The notes under the pieces: generated by a model
What the model was told of the DNA's origin: nothing
Database searches by the model: none
The model's input: only the letters and a program-made list of their open reading frames with translations
Made by a program: the position numbers and the translations under genes
Shown: positions 46,216 to 55,265 of the stretch, one piece after another
Position numbering within the stretch: the first letter of the stretch is position 1
How the letters are laid out: every line of letters starts with the position of its first letter
NCBI GenBank assembly: GCA_043745805.1
Contig: JAYTSD010000008.1
Span: 97,943 to 161,942, forward strand
Direction: 5' to 3'
Source: Fibrobacteria bacterium
GTDB taxonomy: Bacteria; Fibrobacterota; Fibrobacteria; UBA11236
DNA: 64,000 nucleotides

Positions 46216-48275
46216 TGTTTTCTTTTTTTTCGCCTTTAACCTTTTGGATAGCCTCGGCCTTAGCTATTCCCTTACTCATTCATTTTTGGGGCAAACAAAA
46301 ACTAGAAGTTAAAAAATTTGCCAGCTTATTATTAATACAACATAAGCTGGCGGAAAGTATGCGCAGAAATCGCATAAAAAATTTATTCTTACTCATTCTC
46401 CGTACCTTAATGTTACTCTGTCTTTTGCTCGCTTTAGTGCAGCCTATTTTTCATTTTAAAGCTTTTTCCCAAAAGCCGGAAGAAGTGGCTATTCTAAATG
46501 TGAATAATGCCTATGCCCAGTTAACGTTACCCAATGGAAAAATGGTTTTTGAGCAAGAACAAAAAGATTGGCGAAAATTAGATTCGCTACTTAAAAAGCC
46601 CTGTAAACAATTTGATATTCTTGCAATATCAGATAATACCTCCCTACCTGAAGCACGCTTTGGGCAAATGGAATATGCATGGCAAAGATTGTTGCAATAT
46701 GCAGAAGAAAAAAAAACCGCCACCAAACTTTATATACCGGTATTTAATTGGCAAGCACTCGAAAAATTTATTCCACAATTAGCTATTGTTTTACCAACGC
46801 ATCCGCATCTCACCATTGATTTTGTTGACTATGCTGCATTGAGTGCCCAGTTAAATCCATTCAATTCCATTGCCATTATTGCTCCGCAACAAAATGGCCT
46901 TCCCCATTTTCGCATTGCCTTACAAAACACGATTCCTTTAACCAGTCCCGAATTCACTTTACAGTTATGGCAAGACAATCATTTATCGCAAGAGAAACCT
47001 TTAAGCGATGTACAACAAGATCAACCCTTACAGCCCAGCTCGCAATCTTTTTTCAAAGGTTACCTGCAACTCAAACCAAAACCCGCAGTTGCAAACCCAA
47101 GCTTTGCCTATGCGAAATATTATTTTGCTTTACCCAAACCTCATACGCTTAATTTACAACATATTGGAAGTACTGCATTTTCACTCCCAAGTTTAGGCAT
47201 TGCGAGTCGATATTGCCAAATTCAACATCTTGAAGATCCGGCTTCCCTATCGCAAAATCTTCAGAACAGTAATACACCAGTTACGGCCTTAATTTATTTT
47301 TCCAATGCGTCCTCAACTTCCACAGAATATTATTTCCAAATCTTGGAATACATACGCCAAGGTGGCCATGTTATTATGGGATTGGGCGATCATACAGATA
47401 TCGCAGCACTCAATAGATATTTTTTACAACCCTTGTCTATGGGACAAATTAGCGCGCCGGAAAATTTTGGTGCGGCACAAAAGGTGGTCGCCTCAACTTT
47501 CGAATTAAAAAAATGGGGCTTGCCTGATGACATTTCTATTTCGGGAACGGTCTCATACTTATTTCCATTCACGGCACAACCCGAAGTAAATATTTTACTT
47601 TCCACTGGACAAAAACCTTTATTATTACAAATACCCTATCATTATGGCGAAGTGTTTTTATGGACTACGGATTTAGATAATCTTGCCTGGAGTGATCTAG
47701 GGGTGCAAGGATTTATTCCTTTATTACATCAAGCCTTTATTCGCAATAGTTGGCAAGCCTTATGGCATAATCATGGAATTGCTTCCGACTCCATATTGAC
47801 GCTCGATGAAGGTGATAGTGAAATTAAGAGCGCGCAAAGTAATGAAAGCCAATGGCAAATAATTGATCCCGATGGAAATACCTTTTCACGTATTCGCCGA
47901 GAAGGGCGTCGTGTGCATATTGGGCCATTTCCACAATTAGGCATTTACAAAGCCATGCGTTCCCTACCCTTTCGTGACTCACTATTTTTTGCGGTTAATT
48001 TGGAAATTCACCATGAGGATAAACCTACCGCATTTACCGAACAAAAAACTGCGGTATTAAAATCCTTATCACAATTTGAATCGCAAATTAATGTCTTGCC
48101 ATTTGAAGATGACAATAAAGCGGAAGGCTATACCGGAAAAAAAATCGATGAGGAATGGAAAAAATGGAACTCCCCTGAGTTGCCATTATGGAGAATACTC
48201 ATACTGCTAGCGATATTACTATTTTTCCTAGAGGGACTTTTATCCATTTTATTTCGTATGAACAGAGTAAACTAA
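46215..48275 (+). CDS. BatA-N-terminal-domain (double-TM) membrane protein
   Basis: 686 aa with a GTG start sharing 1 nt with the DUF58 stop. N-terminus PLTFWIASALAIPLLIHFWGK plus a second TM, as in aerotolerance-operon BatA_N/TIGR02226-type proteins. There is a C-terminal TM anchor. Confidence 0.65.
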   Translation: MFSFFSPLTFWIASALAIPLLIHFWGKQKLEVKKFASLLLIQHKLAESMRRNRIKNLFLLILRTLMLLCLLLALVQPIFHFKAFSQKPEEVAILNVNNAYAQLTLPNGKMVFEQEQKDWRKLDSLLKKPCKQFDILAISDNTSLPEARFGQMEYAWQRLLQYAEEKKTATKLYIPVFNWQALEKFIPQLAIVLPTHPHLTIDFVDYAALSAQLNPFNSIAIIAPQQNGLPHFRIALQNTIPLTSPEFTLQLWQDNHLSQEKPLSDVQQDQPLQPSSQSFFKGYLQLKPKPAVANPSFAYAKYYFALPKPHTLNLQHIGSTAFSLPSLGIASRYCQIQHLEDPASLSQNLQNSNTPVTALIYFSNASSTSTEYYFQILEYIRQGGHVIMGLGDHTDIAALNRYFLQPLSMGQISAPENFGAAQKVVASTFELKKWGLPDDISISGTVSYLFPFTAQPEVNILLSTGQKPLLLQIPYHYGEVFLWTTDLDNLAWSDLGVQGFIPLLHQAFIRNSWQALWHNHGIASDSILTLDEGDSEIKSAQSNESQWQIIDPDGNTFSRIRREGRRVHIGPFPQLGIYKAMRSLPFRDSLFFAVNLEIHHEDKPTAFTEQKTAVLKSLSQFESQINVLPFEDDNKAEGYTGKKIDEEWKKWNSPELPLWRILILLAILLFFLEGLLSILFRMNRVN

Positions 48276-49135
48276 TGCCTATTCGTGGAACCACCCGATT
48301 GATAGCTCTTTTGGGTAATCCAGTTAAACATTCTCTATCCCCTGCCATGCACAATGCAGCCTTTGAAAAGTATGCCCTAGATTTTGCCTATGTTCCATGG
48401 GGCTTTGAAGAGCATAACTTGAAAATCATGATCGATGCCATTAAGGCATTAAATATGGTCGGAGCGAATGTTACGCTTCCCTATAAACAAAAAATCATTC
48501 CTTTTCTCGATGAAATTTCGGATTTATCACAACAAATTGGCGCCGTAAATACCATTATTAATAAGGACGGTAAGCTCATAGGAACCACTACCGATCCAAT
48601 TGGCTTTTTGCAAAACTTTCGCAGCTCAGGCCATTCCTTTACAGGAAAAAAAATAGCGCTCTTGGGCAATGGTGGATCGGCAAGAACACTCGCCTTTGCC
48701 TTATGCATGCAGGATAAGCCATTTGAAGTTTGCTTAGTCGCGCGCGATGTCCTAAAGTCACAACAATTGCAAATTGAAATCAATGAAAAATTAGGGCAAT
48801 TTATTTCCTTTTGTGATTTTTCTGAGTATGCAAAAATCGCCGCGCGTTTTGAAGTTGTAGTCAATGCCACGTCCATAGGCATGCATCCGCAAACCGAACA
48901 AAGCCCTTTAGCAAAAAAAGATATTCATCCTGGCCAAGTGATTTATGACATTGTTTATGCCCCCGAAAAAACCCGTTTACTGCAAGATGCGGAAGCTTGT
49001 GGTTTACAAATTGTGGGTGGCCTGGGCATGTTGGTTCATCAAGGCATAGCCTCTTTTCAATATTGGACAGGTATTATGCCAGATCCACAATTATTCTTAG
49101 CAAGTGCACGTCATCAATTAGACAATAAAATATGA
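48275..49135 (+). CDS. aroE: Shikimate dehydrogenase
   Basis: The ATG at 48275 (TAATG overlap with the upstream stop) gives MPIRGTTRLIALLGNPVKHSLSPAMHNAAF. NVTLPYK block and GNGGSARTLAFAL Rossmann segment. Confidence 0.9.
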   Translation: MPIRGTTRLIALLGNPVKHSLSPAMHNAAFEKYALDFAYVPWGFEEHNLKIMIDAIKALNMVGANVTLPYKQKIIPFLDEISDLSQQIGAVNTIINKDGKLIGTTTDPIGFLQNFRSSGHSFTGKKIALLGNGGSARTLAFALCMQDKPFEVCLVARDVLKSQQLQIEINEKLGQFISFCDFSEYAKIAARFEVVVNATSIGMHPQTEQSPLAKKDIHPGQVIYDIVYAPEKTRLLQDAEACGLQIVGGLGMLVHQGIASFQYWTGIMPDPQLFLASARHQLDNKI

Positions 49136-50781
49136 TTTTGAATATTACTAAAAACATTTTTTTTACCGGATTCATGGCAACGGGCAAAAGCCGAATTGGA
49201 TCTTTAGTCGCCGCTTCTTTGGGCTGGACCTTTCAAGATTTGGATCATGCCGTTGAGGAAAAATCGGGACTCTCCGTTGCCGAAATATTTGCGCGGCATG
49301 GGGAAGCGCATTTTCGCACCCTTGAAATCGAAGCCTTGAGAGAAATTAGTCAACGCGAAAAAATGGTAATTTCTTTGGGTGGTGGGACTTTACAAAGTCC
49401 AGCCGCAATTGAACTAGTAAAAAATAATGGGGTACTGATTGCTTTATGGGCTCCTCCCGAAGTCATTCTCGAAAGAGTAAATCGCAAACAAAGCTCGCGC
49501 CCATTATTGGCAAATTTGAATGATACTGAAAAGCTGGAAAAAATCAAGCGCCTACTAAACGAGCGTAAAGCGCTTTATGATTTAGCCCAATTTCGTTTTG
49601 AGTCCTGTGAAAGCATTCCTCACCATGTATTAACACGCACCATTATTCATCGCTTACAAGTGGATGAATTGAACCCGTTGCAGGTTGCTTTAGAGGAGCG
49701 CAGTTATCCGATTTATGTGGAAAAACAAATTTCCAATCATGTGGACAGTATTTTTGATAAATGGAATATTCAGGGTGAATATTTAATTGTTACTGACAAT
49801 AATCTTCGCGATCATCAATTCGAAACCTTAGAGCATATACGCCAATGCCTTGGCGAGGACTGCCGCATCTTTTATTTTAAATCCGGCGAAGAAGAAAAAA
49901 ACCTCAAGTCGCTAAATAAATTATTTACCTACATGTTACGTCAAGGTTATTCACGTAAAACCACTTTAGTGGCGTTTAGTGGCGGTGTAGTTGGCGATAT
50001 GACCGGATTCGCTGCCTCCATTTATTTACGCGGCATTCCCTTTGTACAAATCCCTACCACTTTACTCTCCATGGTCGATAGTAGTGTTGGCGGCAAAACG
50101 GGGATTAATCATCCCCTCGGTAAAAATATGATTGGCTCTTTTTATCAACCCAAAGCAGTACTCATACAATTAGATGTATTAAGTACTTTGCCGGATAGTG
50201 AATTTTTGGCCGGCCTTGCCGAAGTTATTAAATATGCCGTTATTTGGGATCCCGAATTTTTTGAATACTTAGATAAAAATCGCCAAGCTATTTTAGCCCG
50301 CGATTTACAACAACTCAATTATGTGGTACGTCATTGCTGTTCCATTAAAGCCGAAGTGGTCCGTCGTGATGAACGGGAGTCTAGCTCCGGTGTGCGCGCC
50401 TTTTTAAATTATGGACATACCTTTGGTCATGCGCTCGAAGTGCTTGCCAATTTTAATTACACGCATGGATTAGCTGTGGCTCTAGGCATGCGCGCTGCCG
50501 CACGTTTGGCGGTGGATATTGGTTTATTGTCCCCTGCCGATGAACAAAAGCAAAATGCTTTACTGGATGCCTATGGACTGCCACAAATTTTTCCTCGACC
50601 ACTTGATTTAGCTAGAGCTTGGGAAGCCATGGGAATGGATAAAAAAGTAGAGGCTGGGGAGCGCGTGTATATTCTGCCCACGCGAATCGGTGAAGTAAAA
50701 TCGGTACGACAAATCAATCGCGAAGCCGTACTACAAGCGATGTCCATTGTCAAAGCGCCTGCGACGGAAAAAATCGCATGA
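49132..50781 (+). CDS. aroKB: Bifunctional shikimate kinase / 3-dehydroquinate synthase
   Basis: 549 aa. N-terminal AroK Walker A FTGFMATGKSRIG. The C-terminal AroB part has GGVVGDMTGFAAS, DSSVGGKTGIN and NYGHTFGHALE. Confidence 0.9.
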   Translation: MILNITKNIFFTGFMATGKSRIGSLVAASLGWTFQDLDHAVEEKSGLSVAEIFARHGEAHFRTLEIEALREISQREKMVISLGGGTLQSPAAIELVKNNGVLIALWAPPEVILERVNRKQSSRPLLANLNDTEKLEKIKRLLNERKALYDLAQFRFESCESIPHHVLTRTIIHRLQVDELNPLQVALEERSYPIYVEKQISNHVDSIFDKWNIQGEYLIVTDNNLRDHQFETLEHIRQCLGEDCRIFYFKSGEEEKNLKSLNKLFTYMLRQGYSRKTTLVAFSGGVVGDMTGFAASIYLRGIPFVQIPTTLLSMVDSSVGGKTGINHPLGKNMIGSFYQPKAVLIQLDVLSTLPDSEFLAGLAEVIKYAVIWDPEFFEYLDKNRQAILARDLQQLNYVVRHCCSIKAEVVRRDERESSSGVRAFLNYGHTFGHALEVLANFNYTHGLAVALGMRAAARLAVDIGLLSPADEQKQNALLDAYGLPQIFPRPLDLARAWEAMGMDKKVEAGERVYILPTRIGEVKSVRQINREAVLQAMSIVKAPATEKIA

Positions 50782-51755
50782 GCGTTTTGGTTACCGGCGC
50801 AAATTGTTGTCTAGGTTACCACTTACTGAATCTCTTAGCCGATCATCAAGGCCCACTAGTAGGGTTTTCCACCGAAGAACCAAAGCCTTACCACCGTCTC
50901 AAGCATGTGACGTACTATACCGGTGACATTCTCGATTTTAAATCTTTATCCCAAGTACTTGCCGAATACCGACCTACCGAAATTTATCATATGGTCAGTC
51001 AAGGTTTTTCGGGTATTTCACAGAATAAACCCAACTCTACTTTACAAGTGAATATTTTAGGAACCCAAAATATCTTTGAAGCAGTACGTGTTACAGTACC
51101 AAAATCGCGAGTCATTTTCATTAGCTCCTCCGAAATTTATGGGGGAGGCAAAGGAATTGTCGACCTCATTCATCCCGAAACCGATCCTGCCACGCCCTTT
51201 ACGCCCTATGCGACGAGTATGGCCTCTTGTGAACTCCTCGTTAAACAGTTCATTAATGCACATCATTTAGATATTATTGTGCTTCGCCCATTTAATCATA
51301 CTGGACCGTTTCAAAGTCGCCGCTTTGTATTGCCTTCGGTAGCGAGTCAAATTGCAAATATTGAACTGTACGATGGCGAAACAGTAATTTACACAGGTAA
51401 CATAGATGTTTCCCGGGATTATTTGGATGTTCGTGATATGGCCAGAGCAGTAGTCCTGATAGCAAAACGAGGTCAAACCGGCGAGGTCTATAATATTTGT
51501 TCCGGCAAAGCGCGTACCATTCGTGACTTAGTCCAACACCTTATTGATTTAAGTGGTTATCCTATTGAAACAAGAATAGATCCCTCGCTCGAAAGAGCTA
51601 TCGATATCCCCTTAATGGTTGGCTCACCAGAAAAACTCATGTTGCGCACGGGCTGGAAGCCAATGATATCTATCGAAGACAGCCTTTCGGATTTATACTC
51701 AGAAATTAAAATTCGTATTACTCACCCTTCAAACTTATTAGCGGAAAAATTTTAA
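50778..51755 (+). CDS. Extended-SDR NAD-dependent sugar epimerase/dehydratase-like protein (catalytic Lys replaced)
   Basis: 325 aa. Rossmann VLVTGANCCLGYHL, SSSEIYG and LRPFNHTGP blocks resemble GDP-sugar dehydratase/reductase. The YxxxK motif reads YATSM. Confidence 0.7.
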   Translation: MSVLVTGANCCLGYHLLNLLADHQGPLVGFSTEEPKPYHRLKHVTYYTGDILDFKSLSQVLAEYRPTEIYHMVSQGFSGISQNKPNSTLQVNILGTQNIFEAVRVTVPKSRVIFISSSEIYGGGKGIVDLIHPETDPATPFTPYATSMASCELLVKQFINAHHLDIIVLRPFNHTGPFQSRRFVLPSVASQIANIELYDGETVIYTGNIDVSRDYLDVRDMARAVVLIAKRGQTGEVYNICSGKARTIRDLVQHLIDLSGYPIETRIDPSLERAIDIPLMVGSPEKLMLRTGWKPMISIEDSLSDLYSEIKIRITHPSNLLAEKF

Positions 51756-52912
51756 TGTTTGCTGAATTATTATTTCATCATACCCATATTGCTTTATTTG
51801 GGAATCGATTATTTCGTGCCGGTACAGCCTCACTCTTTGCGGCAATGCTAGTCTTTTTGATTATGCCGTTTTATATTCGTTTTTTAAATCGCCTAGATGC
51901 GACAGCCGATTTCGATCAAACACCGGGCAAAAAAAAATCCCCTCCTATTATGGGTGGAATGCTATTAGTCTTTTCCGTACTGCTCTCTGCATTATGCTTT
52001 GTACGGCTCAATGCGTATTCCGTATCATGCCTCATTATTATGATCGCCTATTCCATCATTGGAGGGATTGATGATATTATCAAAGTACGAAATAAAAGAT
52101 TGGTGGTTTTAGGAAAAATCTCCAAGGCGGATTATCAAGAAAAAGCGGATGGTATTTCGGCACGATTACGCTTATCCCTCTATATTCTTTTTTCCTTATT
52201 GGTAGCTGGTTTCGCTTATAAATTTATTCCGGGACTTACCGGTTACCTTTCCATTCCTTTTGTTAAACCTGGATTATGGTATCCCTATTTACCGAATTGG
52301 GCTTTTATCATATTGATTTGTTTGGTGACGACGTCCAGCGCGAATGGTGCGAATTTTACCGATGGCTTAGATTCATTAGTTTCCGTTCCGCTCATTACCT
52401 CCGCTCTATTTGCAGGTTGTGTAGCGTATATATCGGGAAATGCTATCTTCGCCAAATATTTACTGATTCCTTATTTACCCGGTGGTGATGAATTACTTCC
52501 CATTTGCACAGCCATCATTGGCGCCCTATTAGCTTATCTCTGGTATAACTCTCCTCCTGCGGAGATATACATGGGTGACGGCGGATCCATTGGTTTTGGG
52601 GGAACGATTGGCATTATGTTTGTGCTACTCAAAGTGGAATTATACCTTCCCATTATTGGCGTTATATTTTTGGCAGAAGCCGCATCGGTACTTTTACAAA
52701 TTAGTGGATTCAAATTCACCAAACGTTTTGGCAAAGATAAAGTCGGTAAACGCATTTTTTTACGTGCGCCCTTGCATCATCATTTTCAAATGAAGTGGAA
52801 AGATAAATTCGACTCTTCGCAAGCTTTAAATTCAAAAATTATTTGGCGTTTTCATTTGGTTTCCATTTTGGCCTTTATTTTTGGAAGCCTGGTCTTTTTT
52901 AAAATGCGCTAA
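51755..52912 (+). CDS. mraY: Phospho-N-acetylmuramoyl-pentapeptide-transferase-like protein (MraY family, divergent)
   Basis: 385 aa, polytopic. PPIMGG, NGANFTDGLDSL, MGDGGSIGFGG and APLHHHFQ correspond to MraY blocks GTPTMGG, NAVNLTDGLDGL, MGDTGSLALGG and APIHHHFE. Confidence 0.75.
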   Translation: MFAELLFHHTHIALFGNRLFRAGTASLFAAMLVFLIMPFYIRFLNRLDATADFDQTPGKKKSPPIMGGMLLVFSVLLSALCFVRLNAYSVSCLIIMIAYSIIGGIDDIIKVRNKRLVVLGKISKADYQEKADGISARLRLSLYILFSLLVAGFAYKFIPGLTGYLSIPFVKPGLWYPYLPNWAFIILICLVTTSSANGANFTDGLDSLVSVPLITSALFAGCVAYISGNAIFAKYLLIPYLPGGDELLPICTAIIGALLAYLWYNSPPAEIYMGDGGSIGFGGTIGIMFVLLKVELYLPIIGVIFLAEAASVLLQISGFKFTKRFGKDKVGKRIFLRAPLHHHFQMKWKDKFDSSQALNSKIIWRFHLVSILAFIFGSLVFFKMR

Positions 52913-52950
52913 ATTGTTCACGAAACATTCATTATTAAAGGCATTTATTC

Positions 52951-54324
52951 ATGGCAAAATTATCTTATGAACAAGCATTCGAAATAGTTACCCAGCATAA
53001 GCAAGCTCAGTTGCTCGATTTTTATTCTGAGCTGAATACTGAAGAACAAGAATCGCTCTTAAACCAAATCGAAAATATTGATTTTTCCTTAATGGAAAAA
53101 CTTTACCGTAACCTAGTAGTTAACCAAGCGCATACGCAAGCCTTGGGAACAGTCTCCCCTTTGCAAGCCCCTCGCTGGGAAGATTTTCCTTTAACCGAAA
53201 AAGCGGTATATGCCAATTCGGGTATGCGTGCTTTGCATCAGGGCAAGGTAGCCGCCTTTCTAGTAGCAGGAGGACAAGGTTCCCGCTTAGGGTTTGAAGG
53301 CCCCAAAGGGATGTTTAATATTGGCTTACCTTCCGGCAAGTCTCTTTTTCAATTGCAAGCTGAGCGCTTATTAAAACTTTCCCAGCATTGTGGAAAAAGC
53401 ATTCCTTGGTACATCATGACTAGCTTAGAAAATGATAGCGATACGCAAAATTTTTTCCGCGCCCATAATAATTTTGGCTATCCCGCAAAAGATTTGTTTT
53501 TCTTTTCTCAAGGACAATTGCCTTTAATCAATGAACAGGGCAAAATATTACTCGATAGTAAAAGCAAAATATCCCAAGGCGCCAATGGAAATGGCGGATG
53601 CTTTTTAGCCTTAGCGCAATCAGGCGCTTTAGCCGATATGAAAAAACGGGGGATTGAAAATATTTTCTTTTATAGCGTAGACAATGCTTTGGTTAAAATG
53701 TGTGATGCTAATTTTTTAGGCTATTTTATACACTCCGCATTACCCACTGGCAGCAAGGCTGTAGCCAAAGCCTATGCGGAAGAAAAAGTAGGCGTACTCT
53801 GTTTGCGCGAAGGGCGACCTGCCGTTTTGGAATATTCCGATATGCCGGAAGAAATGATTCAGAGGCGTTTACCCAATGGCGAATTGGCATTTAATGCCGG
53901 TAACATTGCGGTTCACTTATTTACCCGCGCCTTTTTGGAAGAAAATTCCGAAGGCGAACTTCCCTATCATGTCGCTCATAAAAAAATTGCTTTTGTGGAT
54001 GCGTCAGGAATAAAACAAATTCCTTCGCAACCCAATGCCTTTAAATTCGAATTATTTATGTTTGATCTTTTCCCTAAAGCCAAAGGCATGGCAGCCTTGG
54101 AAGTGATTCGTGATGAAGAATTTGCTCCGGTAAAAAATAAAGAGGGAAAAGACAGCCCTGAAACCGCAAGAAATTTAATTTTAGATTTGCATAAAAAATG
54201 GGCTCTAGCCAATGGCATTTCCGAAAACGAATTACAGGGAAAGATTTTGGAAATCTCGCCTTTACAATCCTTTGGAGGCGAAAAATTAAATCCATCTTTA
54301 CTGCGCGGGCAAATCCAAGGTTAA
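52951..54324 (+). CDS. UDP-N-acetylglucosamine (UDP-sugar) pyrophosphorylase, eukaryotic UAP1/UDPGP type
   Basis: 457 aa. LVAGGQGSRLGFEGPKGMFNIGLPSGKSLFQLQAERL and later NGNGG, FFYSVDN and FKFELFMFD blocks are typical of the UDPGP family. Confidence 0.8.
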   Translation: MAKLSYEQAFEIVTQHKQAQLLDFYSELNTEEQESLLNQIENIDFSLMEKLYRNLVVNQAHTQALGTVSPLQAPRWEDFPLTEKAVYANSGMRALHQGKVAAFLVAGGQGSRLGFEGPKGMFNIGLPSGKSLFQLQAERLLKLSQHCGKSIPWYIMTSLENDSDTQNFFRAHNNFGYPAKDLFFFSQGQLPLINEQGKILLDSKSKISQGANGNGGCFLALAQSGALADMKKRGIENIFFYSVDNALVKMCDANFLGYFIHSALPTGSKAVAKAYAEEKVGVLCLREGRPAVLEYSDMPEEMIQRRLPNGELAFNAGNIAVHLFTRAFLEENSEGELPYHVAHKKIAFVDASGIKQIPSQPNAFKFELFMFDLFPKAKGMAALEVIRDEEFAPVKNKEGKDSPETARNLILDLHKKWALANGISENELQGKILEISPLQSFGGEKLNPSLLRGQIQG

Positions 54325-54341
54325 TTTCCTATTTTACCCAC

Positions 54342-55265
54342 ATGAAAAAGAAATCATCATCCTTTATTTTAGCACTAGTAATTCTACTAGGCAGTTTTTT
54401 TGGCCGTGCACAAGCTGCGGAAGTCACTCCAACTTTTGATTCTACACGATCCTTTCAATATTTAAAACAGCAATGTTCTTTGGGACCCCGTAACCCAGGA
54501 AGTACGGGACATCTCGAAGCAATAGCCTATTTTAAAAACTTTTTTAAACAGAATCATATTCCCTATAGCACGCAAGAATTTATTCATGCCGATGCTATGA
54601 CAGGCCAAAGAATTCCGCTCACTAATTTCATTATCACGTTCAAAGGCAAAGACACCAAGCAAAAACCACTTTTATTTTGTGCCCATTGGGATAGCCGTCC
54701 TCGCGCCGATCAGGAACCAAATACTAGTTTGCATAATACTGCTATTTTAGGCGCTAATGATGGTGCTTCAGGTATTGCCGTACTCATGGAATTAGCTAGC
54801 CTGTTAAGTCAAAAACCACCGAAGCAAACTATTCATTTGGCTTTTTTTGATGGAGAAGATTATGGCCGCGAAGGTAGTCTAGATGAATATTTTTTAGGAG
54901 CAAAATATTTTGCAGATAACTTTCCAGTTAAAACTTTAAACTTTGCCATCTTACTCGATATGATTGGAGATAGTGATTTACAACTTCCCTATGAAGGTAC
55001 TTCACTTTCACACTTTCCCGATTTAACGCAAAAAATTTGGGCCTATGCGCAAAAATTAGGGCTAAAGGAATTTACCGCCACTCGAGGAGTTGGTTTGAGT
55101 GATGACCATGTACCCTTAATTCAAAAAGGTGTTAAAGCCATAGATATTATTGATTTCACCTATCCGTATTGGCATACCCTGCAAGATACTCCCGAACATT
55201 GCTCCGCCCATAGCCTAGGTGTTACGGGGCGATTATTAACCGCTCTTGCCTATCACGGCCTTTAA
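54342..55265 (+). CDS. Secreted M28-family peptidase / glutaminyl-cyclase-like protein
   Basis: The ATG at 54342 gives the signal peptide MKKKSSSFILALVILLGSFFGRAQA. FCAHWDSRPRAD, GANDGASGIAVLMELA, FFDGEDYG and DDHVPL blocks. Confidence 0.75.
   Translation: MKKKSSSFILALVILLGSFFGRAQAAEVTPTFDSTRSFQYLKQQCSLGPRNPGSTGHLEAIAYFKNFFKQNHIPYSTQEFIHADAMTGQRIPLTNFIITFKGKDTKQKPLLFCAHWDSRPRADQEPNTSLHNTAILGANDGASGIAVLMELASLLSQKPPKQTIHLAFFDGEDYGREGSLDEYFLGAKYFADNFPVKTLNFAILLDMIGDSDLQLPYEGTSLSHFPDLTQKIWAYAQKLGLKEFTATRGVGLSDDHVPLIQKGVKAIDIIDFTYPYWHTLQDTPEHCSAHSLGVTGRLLTALAYHGL

Noticed and set aside
48188-48274. Longer N-terminal extensions offered by the ORF track for aroE. The same applies to the M28 peptidase (54198), the rsmC-like gene (62137), the MORN protein (14113), dcd (57343), the TPR protein (57386) and the amidohydrolase (5205).
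   Set aside because: Internal ATGs give canonical N-termini or signal peptides and classic ATGA/TAATG coupling with the upstream stop. The extensions would overlap neighbouring genes or a terminator.
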